From: Podarcis vaucheri
Lineage: Eukaryota
Assembly: GCA_965113315.1 (NCBI GenBank)
Contig: OZ220373.1
Reading direction: 5' to 3' (one strand)
DNA: 64,000 nucleotides
In this document: positions 39,616 to 53,486 of the stretch, piece after piece
Position numbering within the stretch: position 1 is the first letter of the stretch
How the letters are laid out: each line of letters begins with the position of its first letter
Translations under genes and position numbers: made by a program
Notes under the pieces: model-generated
The model's input: the letters and a program-made list of their open reading frames with translations, nothing else
Told to the model about the DNA's origin: nothing
Database searches by the model: none

Positions 39616-40517
39616 GTACTTAGGCGTGTCAGACTGGGAGAACAGAGTCACAGAATTGTATAGCTGATCGTCTTAGTCCAAGCCCTGCAATGCATAAGCA
39701 TCCAAAAAGGAGGAGGCGAAACCAGACCGGAAGAACTAGCACTTGAGGAGCAGAGATATGAGACAAAATGTACATATTCTTCTCATCTGTGTGTGAGGGA
39801 GAAATTAGCCTGCCTTCTCCTGCCAGAAAAATTCCTGTCCGTGCCTGAAAGACCAGAGTTCCAGTTCCAATTCAGCCATAAAGTTCACTGGGTGACCTTG
39901 GGCCAGTCACAGTCTCTCCTACCTCAGAGGTTGTTGTGAAAAGCATGTATGCTACCCTGAGCTCCTTGGAGGAAAAAGATGGGATATAAATGGAATAAAT
40001 AAGTGATTTTAGAAACAATTCTAAATTCCGTACAGGGCCCACACACATACAGAGGAGCTGTGTTTGTTGTGGGGGTGAGGTGCTTGAAAAATGACTGGGA
40101 AACCTGCCAGGACCAGGATCCTGGTCTCATGTAGAGAGAAGAGGGGTGGGGATCCCTGGTCCCTAAACCACCCCTGCTTTGTAAATGTTTCCCTTTACAA
40201 ACATCAAGGTTGTTTTTTTTCTGTAGCACTGGTGAGAATATTTACATATGCAATACATATGCTCTTGTCACACAAATATTTGCAGATGTTCTCATGCCAT
40301 GAAAATCTTCCAGTGAGTTTACAGGATCACAACCAACACAAGCAGATTCAAAGGCGAGAGATAGAAGGGACAGAGGAAGAAACAAAGACCAGAAGATGAC
40401 TATTTACCATTCCCCATGATAGATAAGAGTAAATATCACATCAAAATCCTTTTTTGGGGGTGGGGAACAATGTGAAGAGGAAAGCTTTAAAAGAGAAATT
40501 TTGACCATTTATTTTAC

Positions 40518-40703
40518 CTGCTTCAACTTTTTCTTCTTCTCCTTGATGGACATCTCCCGATTCATCGCAATTTCTTCCAACAAACCTACCAAGGGTTCTT
40601 GGCAGCCATTTGTTCTTTGGTGTTCAAACTCATCTGCGCTGATCTGATGACAAAACGACGGTGCAGGCAAGGTCGAATCTGCATCAGCTCCTGGATATTT
40701 TAT
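40518..40703 (-). CDS. DEPDC1B: DEPDC1B coding exon 10 (186 bp)
   Basis: acacag|ATAAAATAT...AAGCAG|gtaaaa; [62 protein letters not shown]. Confidence 0.96.
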
Positions 40704-41433
40704 CTGTGTTAGAACAGGTGGGAGGTATGCTGAGAAAAAGAGCTTAAATTTTGGTATCCCAGGATAAAATCTTTTGTGCACGCCTCTCTCGATGGTTATG
40801 ATTTGAGATCAGGAGATATACACAACCACCACTGCAGGACCTTTAGATGCTATGGCTTGCTTGTCAAATTCCTTCTTGCAAGAGAGATGCAGGAGCAGCG
40901 AATTATCTTTATTTTGCCAGGCCTCTCTCCACAAGGACCTACGCTCGTTTTAGAAATCGCCTCGTCTTTTGTGCTGCGTTTTATTAACTGCGCCTTTCAT
41001 CGTAGCTTTTCAGAACGGATGTTGTAAGCCGCTTTGGGGATACGGTTGAAAAGCAGCACACAAATGCAGGAGTAATAGTAAAAAATAAATTGTGTGAGAA
41101 AGACATTTGCATCTTGGCTTGCGGGTAGATGCCACTGGATGAGTTATTTTCATCTTGTGTTGCAGGTGATGCCAAAGGATTAAAGGATTAGAAAGGCGCT
41201 TCCAAGGTCCAGGGATGGGAGAACTTTTTGGCTCTACGGATCAGCCCTGTGGGCCAAAGTTGACAGGTGAGCACTGCCACCCACCTGTCAAAATTCCTTG
41301 CATGGGAATTTCCAGTAGAGGGCTGGCAAAGCAGTTGTTTCCTCCATCTTCACACCACTTGACGGGCACAAGATAAATAAGTCAAGGCCCAGCGCTAAGC
41401 AAGTTCAGCTGAGGTGAAAGGAGAGTAAGTAAA

Positions 41434-41805
41434 GGTAGAAAGGTAAAGGACCCCTGGACAGTTAAGTCCAGTCGAAGGCGACTATGGGGTTGCGGCGCTC
41501 ATCTCTCTTTCAGGCCAAGGGAACCGGCATTTGTCCACAGACAACTTTCCAGGTCATGTGGCCAGCATGACTAAACCGCTTCTGGCGCAACAGAACACCA
41601 TGACGGAAGCCAGAGCACACGGAAACGCCGTTTACCTTCCAGCCACAGTGATTAATCTACTTGCACTGGCGTGCTTTCGAACTGCTAGGTTGGCAGGAGC
41701 TGGGACAGAGCAACGGGAGCTCACGCCGTTGTGTGGATTCTAACCACCGACCTTCCGATCAGCAAACCCAAGAAGATCAGTGGTTTAGACCACAGCACCA
41801 CCCGC
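41434..41805 (-). mobile_element. Sauria SINE
   Basis: AAGGTAAAGG tail and consensus internal blocks. Confidence 0.85.
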
Positions 41806-42018
41806 TGTGATCCTGCTTACCACTGGGTTCCTGCTTTGTGTGGTGCTTCCGAGGCTCCTAACAACCAGCTGGCTGCCGGGTGCTTTGGGAGCTGCACAGA
41901 TCAGACCTTGGGCAAGCCCAGCTTTCACCTGTGTGATGTCAGGTGAAGGGGTGAGTGGCTATGTTCGGCACCAAACGGCCTTACAGCCCCAAACGGGGAA
42001 GGCTGGTGGGCCGCCAAG

Positions 42019-42542
42019 TGTCAGGAGCCTGAGTCAAGCGTAAGTCAGCAATAAAAAACAAGGTTAACTATTTATTAAAATATTTTTTAAAAAACTAAGT
42101 TAACTATTTATTCAAAGAATCCAAAACAGCTCAGGCCTAGTGATTCCAGGGACTTCCCAATAGGACCTGCCGCAATGAGGCAGTTATGAAGACTGAAGGT
42201 CCCCACTACCCCACCCCTTTCTAAGGCTCCTCCTCTCCGGGGTGTTTTCCAAGCAATCGTAAAATGTGTTGGCGCACAACCAATCTCTGTTCTGCTCTTT
42301 TCATTGCTGTCTTTTTAGGGGTCGCACCTTGGATTCTTCAGCAGCCTGACCCCACTCCTTCCCAGCCTCCACTTCAGCCTGGGAGTCTAAACTGCTCTCT
42401 GCCACAGCCTCTCCCTGCTCACTAAACCCTATTACCTCTTCTGCTTCCGACACCTCCTCCTCCCAGTCTGCTCCCTCATTGTCATCCCACCACCAAAGCT
42501 GGTGCCTCCTTCCACTCCTCTGCAGCCAGCCAGCCTATGACA
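42019..42542 (-). mobile_element. Solo LTR, family B
   Basis: TGTCA...TGACA termini; near-perfect TSD CCAAG/CCATG; AATAAA near the 3' end on minus; homologous to 53487-54056. Confidence 0.7.
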
Positions 42543-42599
42543 CCATGACTGGCCTGCAGGCTGGAGGCTCCCCATCCAGTGCAACTTCGTGGTCAATTC

Positions 42600-42920
42600 A
42601 GGATCCACAACACTGGATGCAGCTACTGCATCCCTGGTAGACGGCCATCCGACCTCTGCTTAAACACCTCCAGCAAAGGAGAGTGCACCCCCCCCCTCCG
42701 AAGCCAGTCTGTTCCACTGTTAAAGCAGTTTCCGCTATTAGTGTTGGCGCTGGCACCTGCTTCCCTGACAACTTCTATGCACTGGTTCTTGTCTGGAGCA
42801 ACAGAGAACGTGCCTCCGCCATCTTCTGCGAGGCTGCCCTTCTGAGATTTTAAGACTGCTATTGTGTCTCCCCTTTGCCTTCTTTTCTCTAAGCTAAACA
42901 GGCCCAAATCTTTCAACTGA
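42600..42920 (-). mobile_element. CR1 LINE 3' fragment
   Basis: LGLFSLEKRRQRGDTIAV...SPLLEVFKQRSDGRL, the CR1 ORF2 C-terminus. Confidence 0.8.
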
Positions 42921-43926
42921 TCTCACAAAACTTGGTTCTATCCTGGTTCCCCTCCTCTGGGCACACTCGAGGGCAGGGGAAAGGGAGCCCTGCATGGGTC
43001 ACTTGTGTTGCGGGAACATGAGGAGAGGGGTGGACCCTGCCATCATCATCTGAGGCCCTTCTTCGTGTGCCTCTCCCACAAGAGGTCTGGAGGGCAGCAA
43101 AATGAGAATGGGCCTTTTCTGTGGTGGCTCCCAGTTCATGGAATGCTCTCCTCAGGGACGCCTGGTGCCTTCATTCAACCAGGCCTTGGGATGATTAACA
43201 TTCTATGGCATTTTAAATGTGTCACTGGTAGGTGGGGTCTCCACTCCTGGTCCAATTCTCTTTCACACACAGCCTTTTCCCTGCACACTGTCACACATGT
43301 GCCCTTCCTCCTCGTCCAACCTTGTACCCTACCTCCTACCCCACGTCCAACTGACTGAACTGGAAGCAACCAAGAAGCATGAGGGAGCACAAGCCCTGCC
43401 GGTTGTTCCCGTTACCAAATCAGCTGGGCAACTGGGAGGTGTAGGATGGAATCTTAGTTATGCCATGACGTGCCTCTGCTGTCCCTTGCAAATACGATTC
43501 CTTCATCCTTTCCCCCTGCCCCCAGCTGTTTGGCAGGCCACAGAGAACAAGAATGCTAGTATGGAGTTATTTTGATAGTGGAGCCCTGGTTGGGCAATCT
43601 GCAGCAGGCTATAAGAAAGGCCTGAAAGAGCTGCCTGCTGCCCACAGATGGTCAAGCGGCTCACAGGCATTAATGGCCAAAGTCTGGCAATGGAAAATAT
43701 GGACAAAACAAACAAGAAATGTAGCAATTCTAGAACAGCAACCTTAACAGTACAAATGCTCAGAAATAAGACCCACTCAATTCAGTGGTGCTTACTCCCT
43801 GATAAATGCTTACTGGATTATAGCTACATGTCACTTTATTTGTTGCATGAGAAGAACTGGTTTGGTTTTAAGAAGGTAATAAAGAACTGAGTTGGGGAGA
43901 AGACATTTATGTTCTACAGCTCTCAC

Positions 43927-44103
43927 CTGGACCCTTTGGAGATGTGCTACATGCTCCTCTATTTTAGCTTTCAGGGCACAAGGTACACTTAAGATCTCTT
44001 GAGATTTGTCCATCAAGAATGACACCAGTTTAGCAGCCAGAAGTTCATCCAAGTCCACATCATCCTTGGAGCAAAGAATACAGCGAGAAAAGGACTGAAC
44101 CAT
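43927..44103 (-). CDS. DEPDC1B: DEPDC1B coding exon 9 (177 bp)
   Basis: tttcag|ATGGTTCAG...GTCCAG|gtgag; [59 protein letters not shown]. Confidence 0.96.
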
Positions 44104-45127
44104 CTGAAACAAAGAAGACTGGTTATCACAACAACACTTTCTTATTCATGGGTCTTCCCCATTCTTGCCATACCAAACACTCTCAAAGTGGCTTGCAACA
44201 GGGGAGCGCAGACTTCAGATTTTCAGGAGGTACTTTGTGCTTGACTAGAACCCCCCAAATCCACCAACAGGGCCCAGGTGCAAAAGATGTACACATTGAA
44301 TTAAACAGCAGGGTGCCTCTGAGCGGCTGCTGAGCCCAGGGATTTGTTTCAACTTTCAGGACCAATCTCAGCTCACAGACCTTTGACGCACAACAACATT
44401 CCTGGCTACCTCCAAGTTTGCTTCATTTCAGCCGCCTAAGCTGCATTAGGGGAGACATTTTTTTAAAAAGCTATTTGAGACACTTTTGTCTACCTACTGT
44501 ACATGAGCCAGATATCTATCAGCGAATCCCCATCAAACACCTGCTGACCCCTGGGCTTCCTGGTCCCATCCACCCTCAAAGATGGCTGAGCACTTTGGTT
44601 CAGTGCTGGTGCCATTGAAGACCTGCTTCCAGAACTGTCAACAGCTGAACAAGACAGAAGCTGCCACTGGGGAGGGGGAGGGGAGAGGTTTCCTAGAGAA
44701 GGCAAGGTGAAAGCCAGGCTGAAACCTGAGAAAGAGCCCCGACAAAACTGGAGGAGAGATTCCTCCCCCTGTCCTGCCCTTCCCTATCAGCTCCCGCTCC
44801 TTGCAGCACACAGTATATCTGATGCTGTGCAGCAGGAAATGCGTGGGGAGAGAGACAGACAGACAAAAGGGCAGCGATGGGAACTGGGTGGGAGAACCCA
44901 TAGCTGCTAACTCTTGTCAGCTCTATCGAACACACAGCGTCTGCTGCAGGTTGCAACCTGGTGATTCATGTTACACAGGCAGAGAAAGGGAGAACTTCCA
45001 CGCCACACCCTCGGTTAAATACTTTGCTGCTTTCTCTTTGGTAACTAAGGAGAGCCTTTCCCCCAAAGCAATTCCAGGAAGATTTTGCAAGCCCAGCTCG
45101 GTCTCTCAGTTCCCAGAAGACGCTCAC

Positions 45128-45294
45128 CAGCGTTCTCGTCCCGACTGTGTCTGAGAGGGGCGGCAGATCTTTATTTGAGCCAATCCTGGCCAACAGAGTC
45201 ATCAGCAGCTGCAGCTTTCGGCGGTTCGCTGGCGGAAGGAGGAGACAGCAAACCCGCAGAGCTTCAATGGCCAGCTTCTCTTTCTGCAGGAGAC
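45128..45294 (-). CDS. DEPDC1B: DEPDC1B coding exon 8 (167 bp), RhoGAP-like domain
   Basis: cccag|GTCTCCTGCAG...ACGCTG|gtgag; [56 protein letters not shown]. Confidence 0.96.
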
Positions 45295-46329
45295 CTGGGT
45301 CGGAGAACATGGCAGGAGAGCACACTTCAATGTCGGACCCTTCTCATAGTTTATTTTCCAAAGGGGGGGGGATGAGTCTAATTCTTGAAGGCAAGACATC
45401 TACTGGCACACTATTCTATGGTTAGCAGAAACCAGAATCGCCTTGTTAACCATAGTTTGCAAATCAGCTCAAGCTCTGGTTATTTGCAGTGAGAAACCTC
45501 ATTAGCTTTAACCATGGTGAATGCCAGGGCACAGAAGAAACAATAATCTATTGTTGAAAGGCCGGGAGGGAACTTTGTGACCCTGAAGAGAGGAGAAGGA
45601 AGGAGAATTTGAGTCCAAGGCCTTCTCTCAGTCCTATAACCATAAGAGACCAGCAGTATCACTTCTACTCCGAGCCAAAGTCTCTCAGGGCAGCCTGCAA
45701 GTCAAGTCTAGGCTCCAACCAAGCCTTATCTGTCAGTTTTGCTAACAGGTTCTCTCTCTTAAATTTCTCTCCTTCCTGATTGGCTGACACTTCACCCAGT
45801 CTCTTCTGGGTCTGCAGGAAGATGACCCAAGGTCTGTCCATCACAGATGTTAAGTACATATTCATCTCCCGCTTTCATTGCCCTCTGTTGCTGCCTTTCT
45901 CTGTGGTTTCTCTGCACCTCTTTTAGATTGTAGGCCCCTTCAGGGCAGGATCTAGACACACCTGTTCTTTGCATACAGATGCTACTATATCATAATTACC
46001 ATGAAGAATTCTCAAGAAACTAATGTACATAAATCTCACATCCCATTCCAAACATACCATTTAGCTTTCCAGTCAAACGCTTATCCAACAGGTTTTAAGG
46101 GGTGTGTGTGAGAGAGAGAGCTATATAAAGGAGAAATTAATTTCAGCCAAAATGAAATGTCAGCAAGCCAGGAGACTAACCATAAAAAGCATATATAGTA
46201 CATATACCTCTAAAAAGGATATGTACAATTCACAAACATATCCTTCATACATCTTTTTTTTATTTCAACACAGAAATCTTCTAATTGATGGAGAATGCAA
46301 GCCAAACTCTGTCAACTGCATGTGAAATA

Positions 46330-46368
<39 letters not shown>
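46330..46368. repeat. (AAT)n microsatellite
   Basis: Direct reading; adjacent to an L2-like 3' end on the minus strand. Confidence 0.9.
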
Positions 46369-46369
<1 letters not shown>

Positions 46370-46707
46370 TCAATTTATTATTTCTACTCTGCCTATCTGG
46401 CTGGGTTTCCCCAGCCACTCTGGGCAGCTTTCAATAGAACATTAAAACCAGAATAAAACTTCAAATATTAAAAACTTCCCTAAATAGAGCTGCCTTCAGA
46501 TATCTTCTAAAAGTCGGATAGTTGTCATCTGATGGGAGGGCGTTCCACAGGGCGGGCGCCACTACCGAGAAGGCCCTCTGCCTGGTTCCCTGTAATCTCA
46601 CTCAAGTCAAACATAATGAAGTATCAAAGTCATATTAGCAGAGACAACATAAAATAAATTCTATAAAAAGCCTGAGTTTTCGCTCCTATAGCCCAGCGTG
46701 GCTCCCA

Positions 46708-46947
46708 GAGCCAATGTGGTGTAGTGATTAAGAGCGGTAGACTTGTAATCTGGTGAACCGGGTTCGCATCTCCGCTCCTCCACATACAGCTGCTGGGTGA
46801 CCTTGGGCTAGAAACACTTCTCTGAAGTCTCTCAGCCCCACTCACCTCACAGAGTGTTTATTGTGGGGAAGGGAAAGAAGAATGTTAGCCGCTTTGAGAC
46901 TCCTTAGGGTAGTGATAAAGCGGGATATCAAATCCAAACTCTTCTTC
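46708..46947 (+). mobile_element. tRNA-derived MIR/CORE-type SINE (Squam3-like)
   Basis: A-box TGGTGTAGTG, B-box GGTTCGC, CORE block GCTGGGTGACCTTGGGC, (TCT)n tail. Confidence 0.75.
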
Positions 46948-48269
46948 AGTGGTAAATGGTTTTGAGGTTCAATCCATAACCTTGCTGCCCTGCACTGATA
47001 GATCGCCGAGCCTAGCATATTCTAGGTACACATAACCTTGAAATCAGCAGAACCGGCCTAATTAAGGTTGCAGGCTTCCACATTTGGCTCACAAGGTTGT
47101 TCTGGCCATGCTAAATGCCCTGGCCCTACAACTGAACAATATATGAATTCCCTATGGTAGAGCAGGAGTCTTGCTGGGGCTTGTATAGAGTACTGTGCAT
47201 GGGGCTAATCACTGGGAATTGCAAATCACTGTGCCTTTGATTTCAAACTGCATGAGCAGCACATGGTTGCCTGATGAACCATTTCCCCATCCCTGCTCTA
47301 GATTCTGCCTAGCCCACAGCCTGCGCAATAAATGAAAACACAGTGCAAAAGTTTTAATCTCTTTTGACAATCTCCCAGAGAGAAGCTACGTGCATGGACT
47401 GCCGCCCTGTACCTGGCCAGGAGTGGTGGCAACTGCCCTGGCACCTTGCAAGGATAATTAGCAATAACTGCATATGTTCTGGAATAAAATAGTGTGACGA
47501 CAATGTCTTGCAAGTTCCTGCTGGGTTTTTTTCCTCCCCCCCTTTTTCTAAGCCGCTAAGCCGCTTATCAGCTGATCCGATCAGCAGATAAGCCGCTAAA
47601 AGCCGCTAATAGCGCTAATCCGCTAATCCTTCAATGGGCTTGCTTCGCAAGACGAAAAAACCGCTAGACGAAGAGAATCACAGAACGGATTCTTTTCGTC
47701 TTGCGAGGCACCACTGTACAAGATGTTCCCACTGCTGCAACTACAAGGCCAGTTACGCCTGGCTTCTTGCACAGGTGTTGGAGAAGGCGGGAAAATTGTT
47801 GTGCATTTGTGACAAATCCAGTAGCTCAGGGTTCACTCCCAGGGCTGAGTGTGAACTGCCAAATAAATTTGCGGTTGCAGGCAAAGACAAATGGCAGCTG
47901 CCCAGAATCACTACGAAATGATTCAGTTCCCACATCACTGCAACCTTGAATTTCAAAACATCTGCTGAGATAGTAAACACGATCGTTCAAGACTGGTAAA
48001 CTCTGACTTTAACAGTTATATCTTTCGGGAATTAGCATAACCATGTTTAGGATGAAGTAGATTACTAGAGTTTCAAGAAAACCGCAGTAGCTGCAACCTT
48101 TCTGCTCTTCTCATCTGCACTGCCTCCCTGAAAAGAGGTTTCATTTCCAGGCTTGGGAGAAATCCCAGGTCAAAGTTCTTCCTTTCAAACCATAGCCATG
48201 CCTCCAGCAGTGGAGTAACTTTACACCTACAAACCCCCTCTCCACACAGACTGACACCCTTCATGTCCG

Positions 48270-49150
48270 ACTAGGGTCATCTAGTCCAACCCCCTGCAAT
48301 GCAGGAATCTCAGCTAAAGCATCCATGACAGGTGGCCACCCAACCTTTCAAGGAAGGAGAGTCGACCACCTTCCGATGAAATCTGTTCCACTGTAAAACA
48401 ACTCTTATTGTCAGAAATCTTCCTGATGTTTAGTCAGAATCTCCTTTCTTGTACCTTGAAGCCATTGGTTTAAGTCCTACCCTCCAGAGAAGGAGGAAAT
48501 AAGCTTGCTCCCTCTTCCACGTGACAGCCCTTAATATATTTGAAGATGGCTATCTTATCTCCCCTGGAAAAGACCCTGATGTTGGGAAAGATGGAGGGCA
48601 CAAGGAGAAGGGGACAACAGAGGACGAGATGGTTGGACAGTGTTCTCAAAGCTGCTAACATGAGTTTGACCAAACTGTGGGAGGCAGTGGAAGACAGGAG
48701 TGCCTGGCGTGCTCTGGTCCATGGGGTCACGAAGAGTTGGACATGACTAAACGACTGAACAACAACAACAACAATCACATCTCCTCTCAGTATCCTCTTT
48801 TCCAAGCTAAAAATACCCAGCTCCTACAACCATTCCTCATAAGGCTTGGCTTCCAGACCCTTGACCATCTTGGTTGCCCTCCTCTGCACGTGTTCCAGCT
48901 TGTCAACATCCTTCTTAAATTGCGGTGCCCAGAACTGGACACGATATTCCAGTTGTGGTCTGACCAAGGCAAAATAGAGTGGTACTATTACTTCCCTTGA
49001 TCTGGACACTAGACTTCCGTTGATGCAGCCAAGAATAGCATTAGCTTTTTTGGCTGCTGCATCACACTGTCGACAATGTTAAGCTTGTGGTCCGCTAAGA
49101 CCACTAGATCCTTTTCACATGTACTGCTAATATGCCAGCAGTGTCCCCCC
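48270..49150 (-). mobile_element. CR1 LINE 3' portion, interrupted by a Bov-B fragment
   Basis: [51 protein letters not shown]. Confidence 0.9.
48560..48773 (+). mobile_element. Bov-B (RTE clade) LINE 3' end
   Basis: LEKTLMLGKMEGTRRRGQQRTRWLD...WRALVHGVTKS plus (AAC)n tail; flanked by a degenerate duplication of CR1 sequence (ATCTTATCTCC/ATCACATCTCC). Confidence 0.9.
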
Positions 49151-52005
49151 TCAGTTGCTGAGATCCTTCGACAGGCCATTTTTGGTGCTCCCAAATGCCC
49201 CTGAAGTTCAGTCAGCCTTTATGAGGCACTGAGCTTTTAGTGTGGCAGCTCCTCTCTCCTGTGGAGCTATTCACGGACAGAAGAACAGTGGGAGGCATCC
49301 TCATTTTCCGTCACGCATATTTCAAAGATGGCACTGTTCAGCTGGAATTCCTAACTGCCTTTGGAATTGACTTTTTATTTTTAAAAAATCAACTAATTTT
49401 TGTTGACATGTGTGTTGCGGGTGCTTTTGATAGGTGGATTCCCTGAATTGGGACCCAGCTGGATCCCATCACCTGGGGCTAGATGTCAGGACCCATAGTC
49501 AGCCCAGCCCAGCCCACATCATGTTCTCTCGCAGTCTGTTTATGCAGCCCATATTTCTGATACAGTGGTGCCCCGCAAGACGAAATCAATTCGTTCCGCA
49601 ATTTTTGCCGTCTAACGAATTTTTCTTCTTGCGAAGCACGGTTTAAATGGCTTAACAAAGTCGCAAGACGTTTTCATCTTGCGAAGCAAGCGCATAGGGG
49701 AATTCGTCTTGCGAGGCAAATCGCGAATGAAAAAACCTTTCGTCTAGCGAGTTTTTTGTCTTGCGAGGCATTCGTCTTGCGGGGCACCACTGTACATGGG
49801 TGCCATAACTCAAGAGGTGCCATAACGCTGAAGTCTACACATCACATATGCAGCTGAAGCCTGAGTCTGCATAAACACACTCCCAGTCACAAGTACAAGA
49901 TGTTCCCACTGCTGAAACTACAAGGCCAGTTACGCCTGGGCTGGCCTGAATTCAGGATAAGGGTCAGGAAGCAATTATTCTGTAGACAAGAAGAGAACTT
50001 AGGCATGCTTTGCCCACACACATTCCTAGCTAATAGCAATAGTAAAAGTAATAGTAATAATATTTCTTTTATTTATTTATACCCCACCCATCTGGCTGGG
50101 TTTCCCCAGTGACGCAAGAACTCACACATTCATGTGCTTGCTACAATGGTGTAAATGCTTTGTGATCTCTACACTCAGTCTTTTTGAGATATTCTGCTGA
50201 GACTCACTGTTGCAGCTTTTAATTAACTCTTTTTACCCTTCCACCCACTGTCTCTTTATTGGCTTGGTGGCGACAGCGTTCTGGACTTGGTAACACTTTT
50301 ACCAATGTTACAGTGGCTTTGTGTTATACACTGCCTTGCTATGTTTCCTATGTAAGCGTGGTTTATACATATTCAAATAAACAAGTGAATGAATTATTAT
50401 TTTTTATTAATGAGGCTGTCGTTTTTGTTTTATTAGCCTTGGGCTTACCCTGAAAAGGGAGACCAGGATATAAGCCATAAACGAAATGAAAACTCTGACT
50501 TCTTATTGTGCCTGAGGAGACCAATTGCCTCAAGAACATGTTCCAGCCAGGCAAGAACGCTTGAAGAGGTCATGGAGCAGAGGCAATGAGGGGCATGACT
50601 TAGGGAAGGTGAGATGGGAGCTAGGGAGAGCCCCAAGGGCCAGGCATGGAGGTCTACAGGGCCACATTGCCCCTCAGGCCTGAGGTTCCCTACTCCTGTC
50701 TTTCTCAGTCGTTATGGGTGACGAGGCCCTCCTGGTCATGGCGCAGGCTATGGTACCACAGCTAGGAGCTGCTAGAAAGTGGGCCTTTTTGACGGATTCA
50801 TTTTCCCTCTGAGTTTAGGAGACCACCAATGACGTCCAGGTGTCTTTTACAAACATACATTTGGGCTCCTAGGCCTTCTCTGGTACTCAGTCTCATTCTA
50901 TTATAAGATTTTTTTAATCCTAGGTTTTTTAGTTGCATTTTCTTCCTGTATTTTAATATACTGATGTGCATTTTAATATTGTTGCATAGCACATCAAGAC
51001 TTGCCACAGGAGGCGATACAGGCATGCTTTAAATAAACAAATAGTTAATAGTGTTTTCATTTTGCTATTGCATTTGTTTTTGTACAAGGTTAGCTGCTCT
51101 GGGCTCCCTTTGGAGGCTGCAAATAAAAAGACAGCGGCGAAATGCTCGAAATTGAATTTTTGTACTGTTTTTTATTATCATTATTATTATTTGCTTGCTT
51201 GTTCACTACCAGATGTGTACATTTCTTGGTCTAGAACTTGCTAATGAACATTTGCTCCTCATTATTCGCTGGATTTATTGCTCCACGAAAACTCACCTGT
51301 GCAATTTTAATTTGTATCCTGTTTGTGTTCCAAAGAGGAAATTTATTTATTTATTCAAAGTATTTATTTATTTATTCATTCAAATTTTCATACCACCCAT
51401 CACCTCCAAATTCCACAGTGGTTTATAATACTTAGAACACAACAAGGTAAAAACAGCTCGCGCCAGAGACACGGACAACTGCCACTCAAGCATTATGTCT
51501 GAATTTGACATGTGCTGCAGGCCCAGGGCTGCAAGTAACCACACCCCGTCACTACCCAAAAATTTCCCTGCCTGCTCAGTCCCCCCAACCTTCCCACGTT
51601 GGGCACAGGAGGTCTGAAGGGGGTCTTTACCTACTTTTGCTGGAATATAAGTAGAAGCTTCTGAGCCTGTATTATCAGGGTCCCCAAATAAACAGCAGCT
51701 TCTACTTTTCTTCAAGCAAACGACAGCCATAAAACTATTAACTTTAAACAGGAGGGCAATAAAGAATCCCCACTGACCGGGATTTGCCAAGCAGGTTCCC
51801 TCCAGATGTTTTGAACCACATCTGGAGAAGGTTGGAGAAGACATTGGCGGGTCATTCTGTGACTCAACAGTTCTCTCAGCCTGACTAACCAACAACCTCA
51901 GGGAAACCCCAAGGCCTGGTTGAAGAGACACATCTTTACAAGTTAAAAAAAACTGGGGGAAAATAGTCAAAGAGTGACAGACCTCCAGAGGGAAGGAGTT
52001 CTTAC

Positions 52006-52146
52006 CTAGCACATTGACGAAGAGATCAAAAAACTGGAAAGTGAGAAGAGGCTCCTTCATGTGGCCATAGTAATCCGCTATGGTTCTGAAGACATCTCTT
52101 TCAAATCCTGAGTATGTCGGTTGTTTCAGATCCGGACACCTGGGCC
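52006..52146 (-). CDS. DEPDC1B: DEPDC1B coding exon 7 (141 bp)
   Basis: aatag|GGCCCAGG...GTGCTAG|gtaag; PRCPDLKQPTYSGFERDVFRTIADYYGHMKEPLLTFQFFDLFVNVL (inside ORF 51380..52246). Confidence 0.96.
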
Positions 52147-52534
52147 CTATTGTGATGGGGCAAAGGAGAGAGAAGAAATGAATGGCTTGTGCTGGCTGAC
52201 AGAAATTATCAACAGTTACATTTCTACTCAGTATTGGTGTGTCCACGAGAGCAAAGAGGAAACGGACAAATTATTTGACAGGAGGGGGGAAATGTGTGAC
52301 ATTCATCAGATCGGAGTAGGCTAGAATTCTGCCTCCTCCTCAGAACACTTTTTCTGACCAATGAGTGACCAAGGATTTCTACCCTGCAAGCCAATCAGAA
52401 ATGAAATGGTACAACCCTCCAACTTGATGCAAGAGCCCAGCTTTCCCCCAGGCCAGTCTTACACAACTAAAGAACTTCAATGAATCAATGGGCACTTAGT
52501 ATTTCAAGCTTAACCCTTCATATAACCCCATATA

Positions 52535-52761
52535 CAGTGGTACCTTGGGTTAAGTACTTAATTCGTTCCGGAGGTCTGTTCTTAACCTGAAACTGTTCTT
52601 AACCTGAAGCACCACTTTAGCTAATGGGGCCTCCCGCTGCTGCCACGCCGCCGGAGCACGATTTCTGTTCTCATCCTGAAACAAAGCTCTTAACCCGAGG
52701 TACTATTTCTGGGTTAGTGGAGTCTGTAACCTGAAGCGTATGTAACCAGAGGTACCACTGT
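52535..52761. mobile_element. Tc1/mariner (Tigger-like) MITE
   Basis: TA|CAGTGGTACC...GGTACCACTG|TA. Confidence 0.85.
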
Positions 52762-53486
52762 ACACATTAAACTCTTATACACTGTATACAGAACAAACCC
52801 TGCCCCAGTGAATTCTCCACAACAAATTGGGTTGGCAGAGATGCTGCTTTCTCAGTATCACTTTCCCCTTTAGGATGGCAATGTAAGGAGGACCACATGG
52901 CATATACTCTGGCATAGTGGGGGTGGGGGATTTGGCCCAAGGGCTTCTAGTGGCTCACATCCCATGAAAGCATTGTACATGGAGGGAGATCTTCACAAAG
53001 ATTGCTTCAGATGGAACAATCACACAGAAGTAGCTGCCCATATCAGTCAATTCTGGGTGGTGGTTGATCATGTGATACAACATAGCAGGACAAAGCCCAG
53101 CATGAGGATTTAAGATGAGGACTACCACACAAGATACCCATAACTGATGAGCAGCCAATGTTTCCAAATAAGCAGCCAAGCATCCCTGAGCCATACGTGT
53201 GAAGAGGAAGAGGAAGGGGTAGGGCTATAAGGCTGCTCAGCTGGGGCTTAGTCAATGCTGAAGCAGAATCCTAACTTATTGTGCTCCCTGTGTCTCCATG
53301 CAAGACAGTTTTCTTGTTGTCTTGAACGTCTTGATCCACTGGGCAGTTCCTAGGGCTCCCCAGTAATACAAAATTTGAAGTCAAGCAGCAAAGGTAGTAG
53401 GAATGGGATACTATACTATGAACTAAGTTCCGCCCATGTGAGCTTGGACTTCTGTCCTTACTGAGCAAACAGGGAAAGAACAACAC

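Noticed and set aside
51380-52246. 288-aa ORF as a stand-alone gene
   Set aside because: Only 52006-52146 matches DEPDC1B and is bounded by AG/GT; the rest is intronic read-through with no recognisable domain.
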